Assembly: GCA_036502805.1 (NCBI GenBank)
Contig: DASXXY010000386.1
Location: forward strand, 1-36,172
DNA length: 36,172 nt
From: Gaiellales bacterium
Lineage (GTDB): Bacteria > Actinomycetota > Thermoleophilia > Gaiellales > JALYLC01
Direction of reading: 5' to 3'
A model generated the notes under the pieces. The model did not search any database. It was not told the origin of the DNA and saw only the letters and a list, made by a program, of their open reading frames with translations. Every line of letters starts with the position of its first letter. Position 1 is the first letter of the stretch. The position numbers and the translations under genes are program-made. Of this stretch, positions 1 through 9,267 are shown one piece after another.

Positions 1-872
1 GAGAGCGTCGAGAGGCCCACGGGCCCGCCCTCGAACGTCTCCGCGATCATGCGCAGCAGCTCGCGGTCGAGGCGGTCGAGGCCCTCCGCGTCGACGCCCA
101 GCAGGTCGAGCGCGGCGACCGCCGTCGCGTGGTCGATCGCGCCGTCGCCCCGCACCTGGGCGAAGTCGCGCACGCGCCGCAGCAGCCGATTCGCGAGGCG
201 CGGCGTGCCGCGCGCCCGCTGCGCGAGCTCGGCCGCGGCGTCGTCGTCCATGCGGATGCCGAGGATGCCGGCCGAGCGCTGCGCGATGCGCACGAGCTCC
301 GCCGGCGAGTAGTGGTCGAGCCGGAAGACGAGGCCGAAGCGGTCGCGCAGCGGCTTCGTGAGCAGGCTCGCGCGCGTCGTGGCGCCGATCAGCGTGAACG
401 GCGAGAGGTCGAGGCGCAGGCTGCGGGCGCCCGGGCCCTGGCCCATGATGATGTCGACGACGCCGTCCTCCATCGCCGGGTAGAGCGTCTCCTCGACGGC
501 GCGGTTGAGGCGGTGCACCTCGTCGATGAAGACGACGTCGCGCTCGCCCAGGTCGGCCAGGATCGCGACCAGGTCGCCCTTGCGGTCGAGGCCCGGGCCC
601 GAGACGGTGATCAGGCGCGTCTCCATCTCGGCCGCGACGATGTGCGCGAGCGTCGACTTGCCGAGCCCGGGCGGGCCGGCGAGCAGCACGTGGTCGATCG
701 GCTCGCCGCGCTCCTTGGCGGCCGAGAGCGCGATCGCGAGCTGCTCGCGCACGACCTCCTGCCCGACGAACTCGTCCAGCTGGCGCGGCCGCAGCGAGCG
801 GTCGGTCTCGTCCTCGTCGCTGCGCGCGGCCTCCGCCCCGACGAGGCGCTCGTCGTCCTCGTCGGCGCTCAT
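1..872 (-). CDS. ruvB: Holliday junction branch migration helicase RuvB (3' end runs off the window)
   Basis: Own translation of the minus strand from ATG 872: [47 protein letters not shown] (Walker A)..[11 protein letters not shown] (Walker B)..[18 protein letters not shown]. Absent from the ORF track because it has no stop in the window. ATGA overlap with the ruvA stop. Confidence 0.95.
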   Translation of the reverse strand, partial: MSADEDDERLVGAEAARSDEDETDRSLRPRQLDEFVGQEVVREQLAIALSAAKERGEPIDHVLLAGPPGLGKSTLAHIVAAEMETRLITVSGPGLDRKGDLVAILADLGERDVVFIDEVHRLNRAVEETLYPAMEDGVVDIIMGQGPGARSLRLDLSPFTLIGATTRASLLTKPLRDRFGLVFRLDHYSPAELVRIAQRSAGILGIRMDDDAAAELAQRARGTPRLANRLLRRVRDFAQVRGDGAIDHATAVAALDLLGVDAEGLDRLDRELLRMIAETFEGGPVGLSTL

Positions 873-1471
873 GCCGGGCCTCCGCGCCGCAGCGCCGCGA
901 GGGCCTCCTTGAGGCGCTGCTCCGTGCCGCCGCTCGTGCCCGCGAGCGCCGTCTCGGCCTCGGCAACGGCGAAGCCGAGCGCGACGAGCGCGTCGCGCGC
1001 CGCGAGGTGCGGATCGTCGGCCACGGCGGCGGCGCCCGCGCCGCCGGTCGTCGCCGTCTCGAGCGCGACGGCGCCGAGCTTGTCGCGCAGCTCGACGACG
1101 ATGCGCTCGGCCGTGCGCTTGCCGATGCCGGAGACGGACGCGAGCAGCGCGAGGTCGCCGGACGCGATCGCGCGCTGCAGCGTGTCCGTCGGGTAGCCCG
1201 AGAGCAGCGCGAGCGCCTTCGACGGCCCGAGCCCGGAGACGCCGAGCAGCGCGACGAACAGCCAGCGCTCGCGCCCGCTCGCGAAGCCGTAGAGCGTGAG
1301 CGCATCCTCGCGCACGACGAGGTGCGTCTGCAGCCGCACGGCCGCGGGCGTCTCCTGCGCGCTGCGCGCGGCCGCCGCGGAGGCGTGGATGCGCAGCCCG
1401 ACGCCCCCCACCTCGACCACGAGGCCGTCGGCGTCGGCCTCGAGCAGGCGCCCGGCGACGCTCGCGATCAC
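869..1471 (-). CDS. ruvA: Holliday junction DNA-binding protein RuvA
   Basis: ORF 869..1471: [27 protein letters not shown] and [20 protein letters not shown] (HhH motifs). The start codon is GTG (cac at 1469-1471) and overlaps the ruvC stop as GTGA. Confidence 0.93.
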   Translation of the reverse strand: MIASVAGRLLEADADGLVVEVGGVGLRIHASAAAARSAQETPAAVRLQTHLVVREDALTLYGFASGRERWLFVALLGVSGLGPSKALALLSGYPTDTLQRAIASGDLALLASVSGIGKRTAERIVVELRDKLGAVALETATTGGAGAAAVADDPHLAARDALVALGFAVAEAETALAGTSGGTEQRLKEALAALRRGGPA

Positions 1472-1974
1472 CTCGCCGCCCTGGCGCGCGCCATGCGCTC
1501 GCCGGCGCGCGCGCTCCAGGCATGGCAGAGCGCGAGCGCAAGCGCGTCGGCGGCGTGATCGCTCTCGGGCGCGGAGGGCAGGGACAGCAGCTGCCGCACC
1601 ATGCGCATGACCTGATCCTTGCCGGCGCCGCCGAAGCCGCAGACGGTCGTCTTGACGACCGACGGCGCGTACTCCGTGCAGACGATGCCGTGCGCGCCGC
1701 AGACCGCCAGCGCGGCGCCGCGGGCCTGACAGACCGACATGATCGTGCGCGGGTTGACGCCGATGAAGAGGCTCTCGAGCGCGACCGCGACGGGCGCGTG
1801 CTCGGCGATCAGGTCCTGGATCGCGCCCTGGATCGCGGCCAGCCGCCGCTCGGGCGTCTCGCGCGGCCCGGTGCGCACGGTGCCCTGCGCGAGCACGCGC
1901 GAAGCGCGGCCGTCGAAGGCGATCACGCCATAGCCCGTGTTCGCGGTGCCGGGGTCGATGCCGAGGACGATCAC
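1468..1974 (-). CDS. ruvC: crossover junction endodeoxyribonuclease RuvC
   Basis: C-terminal 168 aa of ORF 1468..2700: [59 protein letters not shown] 1974 is chosen because homology begins there. The upstream part of the ORF is Pro/Ser/Arg-rich and looks non-coding. Confidence 0.9.
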   Translation of the reverse strand: MIVLGIDPGTANTGYGVIAFDGRASRVLAQGTVRTGPRETPERRLAAIQGAIQDLIAEHAPVAVALESLFIGVNPRTIMSVCQARGAALAVCGAHGIVCTEYAPSVVKTTVCGFGGAGKDQVMRMVRQLLSLPSAPESDHAADALALALCHAWSARAGERMARARAAR

Positions 1975-2110
1975 GCCTGCAGGGTAGGCGCGGATGCGGA
2001 CGCCGACGGCGGTCGAGCGCTCGCAGAATGGCCGTCCGCGTCCGCCCCCGGCGCCGCCGGGCAGGCGCGCGCAGTCCGCGCGCGCGGCCAGGGAAGCGCG
2101 GAGGAAGCCG

Positions 2111-2833
2111 GTGCTAGGATCGGCCACCGTGCCCCAGCGCCCCGTCCGGACCGTCGCCGCGGTCTCCCGCCATCCGCGCCGCTTCCCAGACCCGATCAGT
2201 GCCGTCGGTGAGCTCATCCGCGTCCTCGGCGACGTGGATCCGTTCCTGACGATCGATCGCGAGGGACGCTGGATCGACGCCTGCACCGATGTCGCCGACG
2301 ATTTCGCGCCGAGCGGCTGGCTCGAGCGCCGCGTGCTCGCCGCCGGCGACTGGCGCGTCGGCAAGGCCGACGGCATGCGCGCCGAGCAGCTCGTGGAGCG
2401 CGAGGACGGCCGCCCCGCGTGGCTCGTCAGCATCGACGAGCTCCCGATCGGCGAGAACGAGGCCGAGCCGGGCGGCGAGAGCTTCGGGCTGACGACCCTG
2501 ATCGGGCGCAGCGCCGGCCTGCGGCGCATCGGCGTCAACCTCGACGTCATCCACCCCGGCCAGCGCTCGGCCCAGTTCCACTGGCACCGCAGCGAGGAGG
2601 AGGGCTTCCTCGTGCTCGCCGGAACCGGCTGGCTGTACGCCGGCGACGAGCGCTTCCGCGTCGGCCCCGGCGACTTCTTCGCCAAGGGCGAGGGCCCCAA
2701 GCTCGCCCATCAGTTCGTCAACGACGGCGAGTCCGAGCTGCGCATCCTCTCGATCGGCGAGCACCGCGACGACGACGCCGTCGAGCACCCGGCGCCGCCC
2801 TGGGAGCCGGGCGGCCGCACGGCCGGCGAGTAG
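2111..2833 (+). CDS. cupin domain-containing protein
   Basis: ORF 1994..2833. The C-terminal half carries cupin motifs (PGQRSAQFHWHRSEEEGFLVLAG ... GDFFAKGEGPKLAHQFVN) and GC3 is high from about 2111 onward. GTG 2111 is preceded by GGAGGAAG (2100-2107). The start is uncertain. Confidence 0.7.
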   Translation: MLGSATVPQRPVRTVAAVSRHPRRFPDPISAVGELIRVLGDVDPFLTIDREGRWIDACTDVADDFAPSGWLERRVLAAGDWRVGKADGMRAEQLVEREDGRPAWLVSIDELPIGENEAEPGGESFGLTTLIGRSAGLRRIGVNLDVIHPGQRSAQFHWHRSEEEGFLVLAGTGWLYAGDERFRVGPGDFFAKGEGPKLAHQFVNDGESELRILSIGEHRDDDAVEHPAPPWEPGGRTAGE

Positions 2834-2840
2834 CGCCCCG

Positions 2841-3467
2841 ATGGCGAAGCCGCCGACGTCGTCGCGCAAGCAGGCGAAGGGCGAGCAGCGGGCGCTCGCC
2901 ACCGCTCCCAGGCCGCCGAAGCCCACGCGCGCCGCGTGCGGCGCGGCCGAGCGGATCCGCGCGCGCGGCGGCGTCGTCGCCGCCGAGTTCGGCCGGCTCG
3001 CGATCGCCGAGCGGGCGGCGCAGCTGACGGGCTTCCGCGAGCGGATCCAGGCCATCTGCGCCGACGAGCAGGCGCCGCTCGAGCCCGCCGACCGCGGCCA
3101 CGACGTGGTGCTCTCGGCCGGCCGGCAGATGGAGCGGACGCTCGGACGCCTGGCGGCCGAGGTCGAGCGCGCGCCGCACGGCGGCAAGCGGCCGGCCCCG
3201 CCGGCCGCCCGGGGTCGCTCGAGCGCGCGCCCGAAGGCGTCTCTGCTCGCCGCTCAGCCACCGGAGAGCAGAGGAGCACGCATGGATCTCGGCAAACTCG
3301 TCGATGAGGCCAAGGAACTGGTCGAGGAGCGCGGCGGCGTGGACAGCCTGAAGGCGGACGCCGAGGAGCTGAAGGACATCGCGACGGGCGACGGCAGCGT
3401 CGTCGACAAGGCGAAGGCCGCGGCCGAGGCCGTCAAGGACGCCGGCCAGGCCGGCCCGGGCAACTAG
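2841..3467 (+). CDS. hypothetical protein with a C-terminal MT0933/CsbD-like small 'antitoxin-like' domain (possibly only 3282..3467 is translated)
   Basis: 208-aa ORF with high GC3 over 2841 to about 3240. GC3 then drops in a short stretch containing GGAGAGCAGAGGAG (3263-3276), just before an in-frame ATG at 3282. The last 61 aa (MDLGKLVDEAKELVEERGGVDSLKADAEELKDIATGDGSVVDKAKAAAEAVKDAG) resemble small actinobacterial MT0933-like proteins; this comparison is from memory. Confidence 0.5.
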   Translation: MAKPPTSSRKQAKGEQRALATAPRPPKPTRAACGAAERIRARGGVVAAEFGRLAIAERAAQLTGFRERIQAICADEQAPLEPADRGHDVVLSAGRQMERTLGRLAAEVERAPHGGKRPAPPAARGRSSARPKASLLAAQPPESRGARMDLGKLVDEAKELVEERGGVDSLKADAEELKDIATGDGSVVDKAKAAAEAVKDAGQAGPGN

Positions 3468-3583
3468 CCGCCGCGCGGGAGGAGCGCAGAAGGCGCGTCG
3501 CCGAGCGCTGCGGGCGAGCCGCCCTGCGCGGTTGGCGCGAGCCGTGAGGTGCCGGCGCGCGTGGCCTCAGCGCTGGACGGATC

Positions 3584-3616
3584 GGGGTCTGGCCCGTATG
3601 TGCGAGGCCAGGCCCC
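3584..3616. repeat. GC-rich hairpin, third copy of the GGGGTCTGGCCCG palindromic repeat family; probable bidirectional terminator
   Basis: GGGGTCTGGCC (3584-3594) pairs with GGCCAGGCCCC (3606-3616): 11 bp including one G-U, with an 11-nt loop. It lies between convergent genes (ends at 3467 and 3646). It shares GGGGTCTGGCCCG..GTGCG.GGCC.G.CCC with the repeats at 24099-24156. Confidence 0.55.
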
Positions 3617-3645
3617 GGGTTGCGCGAGCTCGCGTCGGACGCCGC

Positions 3646-4392
3646 TCAGGCGTCCGCGAGCACCGCGTCCGGGATGTCGAAGTTGAAGTAGACGTCCTGG
3701 ACGTCGTCGCTCTCCTCGAGCAGGTCGACCATCTTCAGCAGGGTGCGCGCCTGGTCGGCGTCGACCTCGACCTGCGTCGTCGGCAGCAGCGAGAGGCTCG
3801 CGTTCTCGACCGCGATGCCGGCCTCCTCGAGCGCCGCGCGCACCGTCGCGAGGTCGTGCGGCTCGCTCGTGACGACCCAGGTGTCGCCGTCCAGGCGCAC
3901 GTCCTCGGCGCCGCCCTCGGCGGCCGCGAGCGTGATCGTGTCCTCGTCGGCCGCCTCGGCGGGCGTCGTGATCACGCCCTTGCGCTCGAACATCCATGCG
4001 ACCGAGCCCGGCGTGCCGAGCGAGCCGCCGAACTTGCTGAAGGCGAAGCGGACGTCGGCGGCCGTGCGGTTGCGGTTGTCGGTCAGGGCCTCGACGATCA
4101 GGGCCGCGCCGCTCGCGCCGTAGCCCTCGTAGGTGACGGCGTCGTAGGCCTCGCTGTTGGCATCGGCGCCGGCGCCGCGGGCGATCGCCCGCTCGATGTT
4201 GTCCTTCGGCATCGAGACCGCGCGCGCCCGCTCGACGGCGTTCGCGAGCGAGATGTTGGAGTCGGGGTCGGGCCCGCCCTCCTTGGCGGCCACGATGATT
4301 GCGCGCGAGAGCTTCGAGAAGAGCTTGCCGCGCTTGGCGTCGGCAGCGCCCTTCTTGTGCTTGATCGAGGACCATTTGGAGTGGCCGGACAC
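3646..4392 (-). CDS. yebC: YebC/PmpR family DNA-binding transcriptional regulator
   Basis: ORF 3646..4392: MSGHSKWSSIKHKKGAADAKRGKLFSKLSRAIIVAAKEGGPDPDSN..YEGYGASGAALIVEALTDNRNRTAADVR. GTG start, with AAGGAG about 12 nt upstream. Confidence 0.95.
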   Translation of the reverse strand: MSGHSKWSSIKHKKGAADAKRGKLFSKLSRAIIVAAKEGGPDPDSNISLANAVERARAVSMPKDNIERAIARGAGADANSEAYDAVTYEGYGASGAALIVEALTDNRNRTAADVRFAFSKFGGSLGTPGSVAWMFERKGVITTPAEAADEDTITLAAAEGGAEDVRLDGDTWVVTSEPHDLATVRAALEEAGIAVENASLSLLPTTQVEVDADQARTLLKMVDLLEESDDVQDVYFNFDIPDAVLADA

Positions 4393-4416
4393 GGTTTTCC
4401 TGTCTCCTTCGACCCG

Positions 4417-5010
4417 CTACGCGGGCGTTTGTGCCGTCGCCGAGTGCACGCGCGCGAGAAAGCGCTCGTGCACGCGCGTCTCGCCGGCGAGCTCGGGATG
4501 GAAGGACGTTGCGATCGCGCGGCCCTGCTCGACGGCGACGGGCTCGCCCGCGAGCGTCGCGAAGACATGCGCGGCCGGGCCTGCGGACTCGATGCGCGGC
4601 GCGCGGATGAAGACGCCGCGGAGCGGCTCGGAGGCGCCTTCGAGGTCGACGTCGGCCTCGAAGGAGTGCAGCTGGCGGCCATAGCCGTTGCGCTGCACGG
4701 CGATGTCGATCAGCCCGAGCAGCAGCTGGCCGGGGAGGCCGTCACCAGCCTCGCGGGCGAGCAGGATCATGCCCGCGCACGTGCCGAGCAGCGGGCCCTG
4801 GTAGCCCTGCAGGGCCGTATCGAGACCCGAGGACACGAGCAGCTTGCCGATCGTCGTCGACTCGCCGCCCGGCAGCACGAGCCCGGCGCAGCGCTCGAGC
4901 TCCTCGGGCGTGCGCACCTCGACCGCGGCCGCGCCGAGGGCACGCAGCAGCGAGACGTGCTCGCGGAACGCGCCCTGCAGCGCGAGCACGCCGATGGGCG
5001 GCGTGCTCAC
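4417..5010 (-). CDS. pdxT: pyridoxal 5'-phosphate synthase glutaminase subunit PdxT
   Basis: C-terminal 197 aa of ORF 4417..5538: [57 protein letters not shown] 5010 overlaps the pdxS stop as GTGA. Confidence 0.92.
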   Translation of the reverse strand: MSTPPIGVLALQGAFREHVSLLRALGAAAVEVRTPEELERCAGLVLPGGESTTIGKLLVSSGLDTALQGYQGPLLGTCAGMILLAREAGDGLPGQLLLGLIDIAVQRNGYGRQLHSFEADVDLEGASEPLRGVFIRAPRIESAGPAAHVFATLAGEPVAVEQGRAIATSFHPELAGETRVHERFLARVHSATAQTPA

Positions 5011-5891
5011 CAGCCGCGCTTGGCCAGCCGGTCGTCGTCCTCGAGCTTGTCGAGCCCGATGCCGACCATCGGCGCGCCGAGCCCCTCGGAGACCTTGGCG
5101 AGCAGCTTGGCGTCGCGGAAGTGCGTGACGGCCTCGACGATCGCCCGCGCGCGGGGCGCCGGATCGTCGCTCTTGAAGATGCCGGAGCCCACGAAGCAGC
5201 CGTCGGCGCCGAGCTGCATCATCATCGCCGCGTCCGCGGGCGTCGCGATGCCCCCGGCCGTGAACATGACGACGGGCAGGCGGCCGAGCTCGGCCGTGGC
5301 CTTGACGAGCTCGTAGGGCGCGCGCAGGTCCTTCGCGCGGGCGTGCAGCTCCTCGGGGGCGAGCGCGGCGAGCTCGGCGATGCCGCGGCGGATCGAGCGC
5401 ATGTGGCGCACGGCCTCGACGACGTCGCCCGTGCCGGCCTCGCCCTTGGAGCGGATCATCGCCGCGCCCTCGGAGATGCGCCGCAGCGCCTCGCCGAGAT
5501 CGGTCGCGCCGCAGACGAACGGGACGGTGAACTCCCACTTGTCGATGTGGTTGGCCTCGTCGGCCGGCGTCAGCACCTCGGACTCGTCGATGTAGTCGAC
5601 CTCGAGCGCCTCGAGGATCTGCGCCTCGACGAAGTGGCCGATGCGCGCCTTGGCCATCACGGGCACCGTGACCTCGGCCTGGATCTCGCGGATCTTGCCG
5701 GGATCCGACATGCGCGCGACGCCGCCGTCACGGCGGATGTCGGCAGGCACGCGCTCGAGCGCCATGACGGCGCACGCGCCGGCGTCCTCGGCGATCCGCG
5801 CCTGCTCCGCATTCGTGACGTCCATGATGACGCCGCCCTTGAGCATCTCTGCGAGACCGCTCTTGACGCGCATGGTGCCTTGCTCGGCCAT
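5007..5891 (-). CDS. pdxS: pyridoxal 5'-phosphate synthase lyase subunit PdxS
   Basis: ORF 5007..5897: ..[75 protein letters not shown] 5891 has GGAG 5 nt upstream. An alternative GTG start is at 5897. Confidence 0.95.
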   Translation of the reverse strand: MAEQGTMRVKSGLAEMLKGGVIMDVTNAEQARIAEDAGACAVMALERVPADIRRDGGVARMSDPGKIREIQAEVTVPVMAKARIGHFVEAQILEALEVDYIDESEVLTPADEANHIDKWEFTVPFVCGATDLGEALRRISEGAAMIRSKGEAGTGDVVEAVRHMRSIRRGIAELAALAPEELHARAKDLRAPYELVKATAELGRLPVVMFTAGGIATPADAAMMMQLGADGCFVGSGIFKSDDPAPRARAIVEAVTHFRDAKLLAKVSEGLGAPMVGIGLDKLEDDDRLAKRGW

Positions 5892-5940
5892 GATCACTCC
5901 GCTCTCTCGACTCGTGCGGAACGTGTCCGCAGACGGGATT

Positions 5941-7614
5941 CTACGTGCTCGTGGTCTGCGTCTGATCCGACGCGGGCGACGAGCCGGAGGACGGCGGCGT
6001 GGCGCTGGCCGGCGTGGCGGTCGGGGGCGGCTTGGCCACCGGCAGGATCTGCACCGCGATCGTGTGGCGCGCCGGCGGTGCGGGGATCGGCTGCGGGTCG
6101 CTCGCCGCGGCCCTCGCGGACCGCTTCGCGGCGGCCTTCAATGCCGTCGGCGTCGCGCTGCTGCGCCTCGTCGAGGAGGCGGCCGTGCGGCGACGCGTGC
6201 TCGCGACGTGCACCGGGGCCCGCTTGGGCGCCCGCCTGACCGGGATCGAGCGATGCGGGTAGACGCGGGTGCCCGAGCGGGCGTGGCGCAGCTTGTGCGG
6301 CGCGACGAGCGGGACGCGACCGCCGGCCGCGACGCGTACGAGCAGCGGCGCGCCGACCTCGGGGAGGCTCACCGGTGGCAGGGTGCCGGCGCCCGGCGCC
6401 GTCGCGGCCGGCGTGCTGCGGCCACCCTGCGCCGAGGGCGTCGAGCCACCGCCGTCGCGGGCCACGAGCGTGACGACGATCCCGATCACCACGAGCGCCG
6501 CCATCGCGATCGCGGCGGCGGTCTGGCGACCGCCGCGGGCGGCGGTCTCCGGCTCCGCGGGAACGAGCGGCGGCAGCGCCTCGGCGGGGGCCGGGAGCGG
6601 CTCCGCTGCGGGATCCTCGACGATCGGGGCGACCGCGAGCGCCGCTGCGGCGAGCGGCGCGAGGACGGGTGCGGGTGCAGCCGCCGCGGCAGCTGCAGCC
6701 ACGGGCGCAGGTGCGGGCGGGGCCGCCGCAGCAGCGGCAGGCGGGGATGCGGCTGCGCGCTCCGGCAGGCCGACGGCGCCGAGCGCGGCCGCCATGCGCG
6801 AGCTGAGCTCGCCCGGCGGCACCGGAACGGGCACCGCGCGGTAGCGCTGCGTGGCCTCGCGCAGCGCGAAGAGCGCGGCACGGCAGCCCGGGCACTCCTC
6901 GAGATGCGCCTCGAGCGGCGCTCGCCGCAGCGCGTACAGCGTGCCGTCCGCGTAGGCCGAGAGATCGGCGAGCTGGCCGGCGCAGGCCGCCGTCTCGTCC
7001 GGCAGCATGAGCTCCTCGCGCAGGCGCAGCCGGGCGCGCGCCACGAGCGCGGGCACGGACGGGCCCTCGGTGCCGAGCGCGAGCGCGATCTCGTCGTCCG
7101 GGCGGCCCTCGAGGTCGCGCAGGGCGAGCGTCAGGCGCTGCCGTGGCGCGAGCCGCGCGTTCGCAGCGACGACCTCGCGCGCGTGCTCGCCGCCCGCCCG
7201 CATCCAGGTCGCGCCGACCGCGTGGCCGTTCCCGTGCCCATTGCCATCGGCATGCCCGTTGCCGTTGGCATGCCGGTTCCCGTTGGCGTGACCATTCCCG
7301 TTGGCATGACCGTTGGCGTGGCCCTTGCGCTCGTAGCTCAGGCTGCGGGCGGTGCCGAACAGGTGCGCGCCGACGTCGACCGAGTCGAGGCCGCCCTCGG
7401 GCAGCGTCGCGAGCGCCCGGGAGAACGTGGCCTCGACGAGCGCGGCGGCCTGCTCGCTGCTGCCCGTGAGGCGGTACGCGACCCGGAAGAGGCCGCCCTC
7501 GTACGAAGCGTAGAGAAGCTCGAACGCCCTGCGGTCGCCTCGCTGCACGCGGCGAGCCAGTACCCGGCTCTCCCGCAGCTCGCTCCGGCGCGACTTGTGC
7601 TTGGCGATCGCCAT
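5941..7614 (-). CDS. ECF-type sigma factor fused to a zinc-binding (ZAS, HxxxCxxC) anti-sigma domain, one TM helix and a Pro/Ala/basic-rich extracytoplasmic tail
   Basis: ORF 5941..7614. Sigma region 2-like: [37 protein letters not shown]. Region 4-like: [49 protein letters not shown] motif: [30 protein letters not shown] helix: [21 protein letters not shown]3 stays high to the stop. Confidence 0.8.
   Translation of the reverse strand: MAIAKHKSRRSELRESRVLARRVQRGDRRAFELLYASYEGGLFRVAYRLTGSSEQAAALVEATFSRALATLPEGGLDSVDVGAHLFGTARSLSYERKGHANGHANGNGHANGNRHANGNGHADGNGHGNGHAVGATWMRAGGEHAREVVAANARLAPRQRLTLALRDLEGRPDDEIALALGTEGPSVPALVARARLRLREELMLPDETAACAGQLADLSAYADGTLYALRRAPLEAHLEECPGCRAALFALREATQRYRAVPVPVPPGELSSRMAAALGAVGLPERAAASPPAAAAAAPPAPAPVAAAAAAAAPAPVLAPLAAAALAVAPIVEDPAAEPLPAPAEALPPLVPAEPETAARGGRQTAAAIAMAALVVIGIVVTLVARDGGGSTPSAQGGRSTPAATAPGAGTLPPVSLPEVGAPLLVRVAAGGRVPLVAPHKLRHARSGTRVYPHRSIPVRRAPKRAPVHVASTRRRTAASSTRRSSATPTALKAAAKRSARAAASDPQPIPAPPARHTIAVQILPVAKPPPTATPASATPPSSGSSPASDQTQTTST
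7219..7323 (-). repeat. imperfect 12/18-bp tandem repeat encoding [35 protein letters not shown], between sigma regions 2 and 4
   Basis: The plus strand reads ..GGCATGCCCGTTGCCGTT GGCATGCCGGTTCCCGTT GGCGTGACCATTCCCGTT GGCATGACCGTT GGCGTGGCC. This corresponds to residues 98-132 of the sigma fusion. Confidence 0.85.
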
Positions 7615-7706
7615 CGCCTTGAGAACCCTAGTCGACTGGCGCGCACGGGGCGCGGTCGAGATGGGCGCAGTCTGCGACAGGTTTCGCGCAGCTCTAGGCT
7701 ACGGCG

Positions 7707-9194
7707 ATGCGCCCTCTCCCCCTCTCCGCCGACACCGTCATCGTCGGCGGCGGCACGACGGGCGCCGCACTCGCGGGGCTGCTCGCCGAGCGCAGCGACG
7801 AGCGCATCGTCGTGCTCGAGGCCGGGCCCGACTTCGGCGCGCTGGCCGCGGGCGGCTGGCCCGCCGACGTGCTCGACGCAACCTGGCTCTGCACGTCGCA
7901 TCAGCTCGGCTACGCGAGCGACGACGGCTACCGGGGGCGCCGGATCGAGTTCCCGCGCGCCGGCATGATCGGCGGCTGCTCGAGCCACAACGGCTGCGCG
8001 GCGATCTGGGGCAGCGCGCTGGACTACGACGCGCTCGCGGCGGCAGGCTGCGACGGCTGGTCGCGGGCCGAGGTCGAGCCGCTCCTGCGCGCGGCGAGCG
8101 AGCGCATGCGCGTGCGCATCCCGGAGGAGGGCGAGCTCGCGCCGTTCCATCGCGCAGCGCTCGCCTCGCTCGTGGCGCTCGGCGTCCCGCGCGTGCACGA
8201 CCTCAACGACCTGGACGCCGACACCGGCGTCGCGCCGTCGCCGTCGAACATCGCCGGCGGCGTGCGCTGGAACAGCGCGCTCGCCTACCTCGACCCCGCG
8301 CGCGACCGCGCGTCGCTGCAGATCTGCGGCGACGCGCCGGCGGAGCGAGTGCTCGTCGAGGGCGGCCGCGCGCGCGGCGTCGTCGTCCGCCGTGGCGGCG
8401 AGCGGCCCGAGATCGCGGCCGGCCGCGTGATCGTGTGCGCCGGCGCCTACGACTCCCCCGCGCTGCTGCTGCGCTCCGGCATCGGCCCCGCCGCCGATCT
8501 CCGCGCGCTCGGCATCCCCGTCGTCGCGGATCTGCCCGGCGTCGGCGCGAACCTGCACGACCATCCGGCCTCCGAGCTCGCGTACGGCGGTACGGACGAG
8601 CTGCGCGGGGCCTGCCGCGCACATGCCGCAAGCGGCGCCTTCGCGCCGATCGAGGGCGTGATCGCGAAGCTGCGCTCCGGTCGGTGCGCGCCCGAGGGCT
8701 TCGACCTGCACGTCTACCCGGTCGGCGGCGTCGTGGACGACGGCGTCGAGTTCTGGCTGCCCGTGGCCTGCATGACGCCGCGCTCGCGCGGCAGCGTGCG
8801 CATCACGAGCGCGCACGGCGACGCCCCGCCGCTGCTCGATCACGCCTACCTCGGCGACCCCGAGGGCTACGATCGCGCCGTGCTCGAGAGCGGCGTCGAG
8901 CTCGCGCGCGAGCTGGCGCGCAGCGGGCCCTTCGGCGAGCTGCTGGGCGAGGAGCTCGCACCGACGGCCGGCCTCTCGGCCGGCGCTGCGATCGACGCGA
9001 CGGTCGCCCACTACTACCACCCCGCGGGCACGTGCGCGATGGGCGCGGTCGTCGACTCGCGGCTGCGCGTGCACGGCGTGGACGGCCTGCACGTGGCCGA
9101 CTGCTCCGTCTTCCCGACCGTGCCGCGCGCCAACACGTGCATTCCCGCGGTGCTCGTGGCGCACCGGCTCGCGGACTGGCTCGCCCCGGTCTGA
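7707..9194 (+). CDS. GMC family (choline dehydrogenase-like) FAD oxidoreductase
   Basis: ORF 7707..9194: DTVIVGGGTTGAALAGLLAE (FAD fold), GGCSSHNGCAAIWG, GVGANLHDHP, HPAGTCAMG..VHGVDGLHVADCSVFPT (GMC signatures). Confidence 0.9.
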   Translation: MRPLPLSADTVIVGGGTTGAALAGLLAERSDERIVVLEAGPDFGALAAGGWPADVLDATWLCTSHQLGYASDDGYRGRRIEFPRAGMIGGCSSHNGCAAIWGSALDYDALAAAGCDGWSRAEVEPLLRAASERMRVRIPEEGELAPFHRAALASLVALGVPRVHDLNDLDADTGVAPSPSNIAGGVRWNSALAYLDPARDRASLQICGDAPAERVLVEGGRARGVVVRRGGERPEIAAGRVIVCAGAYDSPALLLRSGIGPAADLRALGIPVVADLPGVGANLHDHPASELAYGGTDELRGACRAHAASGAFAPIEGVIAKLRSGRCAPEGFDLHVYPVGGVVDDGVEFWLPVACMTPRSRGSVRITSAHGDAPPLLDHAYLGDPEGYDRAVLESGVELARELARSGPFGELLGEELAPTAGLSAGAAIDATVAHYYHPAGTCAMGAVVDSRLRVHGVDGLHVADCSVFPTVPRANTCIPAVLVAHRLADWLAPV

Positions 9195-9195
9195 G

Positions 9196-9267
9196 TCCCC
9201 CCCGGAGGAATCGAACCTCCATCACTCGGGTTATGAGCCCGGTGCTCTACCGTTGAGCTAGAGGGGG
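9196..9267 (-). tRNA. tRNA with anticodon CAT (Met; an initiator-like or Ile2/lysidine identity is not excluded), no encoded CCA
   Basis: Hand-folded cloverleaf from the minus strand: CCCCCTC TA GCTC AACGGTA GAGC A CCGGG CTCATAA CCCGA GTGAT GGAGG TTCGATT CCTCC GGGGGGG A. It has a 7-bp acceptor stem (one U-G), GG in the D-loop, a TTCGATT T-loop and a 7-nt anticodon loop C-U-CAU-A-A. Confidence 0.85.

Noticed and set aside
1975-2700. The N-terminal 240-codon extension of the RuvC ORF, and similar 5' extensions of the pdxT, ligC, htpX, amine oxidase, M20, Rieske, QOR, methyltransferase and dehydrogenase ORFs.
   Set aside because: Homology-like sequence begins only at the internal GTG/ATG that overlaps the upstream stop. 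The extensions overlap the upstream genes and are low-complexity.
2111-3467. A toxin-antitoxin pair, suggested by the MT0933-like 'antitoxin' tail.
   Set aside because: The neighbouring gene is a cupin, not a recognisable toxin, and no PIN, RelE, MazF or HipA-like ORF is nearby. Members of this small-protein family are often stand-alone stress proteins.
5898-5940. A possible riboswitch or leader upstream of pdxS.
   Set aside because: There are only 43-49 nt between the upstream stop and the pdxS start. This space holds one 6-bp hairpin (TGCGGA-ACGTG-TCCGCA, 5915-5931) and the SD, which is too short for a known riboswitch.
6540-6800. A GC-rich, repetitive GCC/GCG stretch that looks like a simple-sequence repeat.
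   Set aside because: It encodes the Ala/Pro linker (..[24 protein letters not shown]..) of the sigma/anti-sigma fusion. It is low-complexity coding sequence rather than a separate element.
7219-7323. A short tandem DNA repeat that might be mistaken for a CRISPR-like or minisatellite array.
   Set aside because: The units are 12-18 bp with no spacers. They lie in frame inside a high-GC3 ORF and encode a His-Asn-Gly peptide repeat. There are no cas genes.
7615-9267. The tRNA as an integration site for a genomic island (the GMC oxidoreductase/sigma-fusion side is the tRNA 3' side).
   Set aside because: I found no second copy of the tRNA 3' segment (GGTTCGATTCCTCC or its complement) anywhere in the window. 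There is no integrase and no compositional break that I can see.
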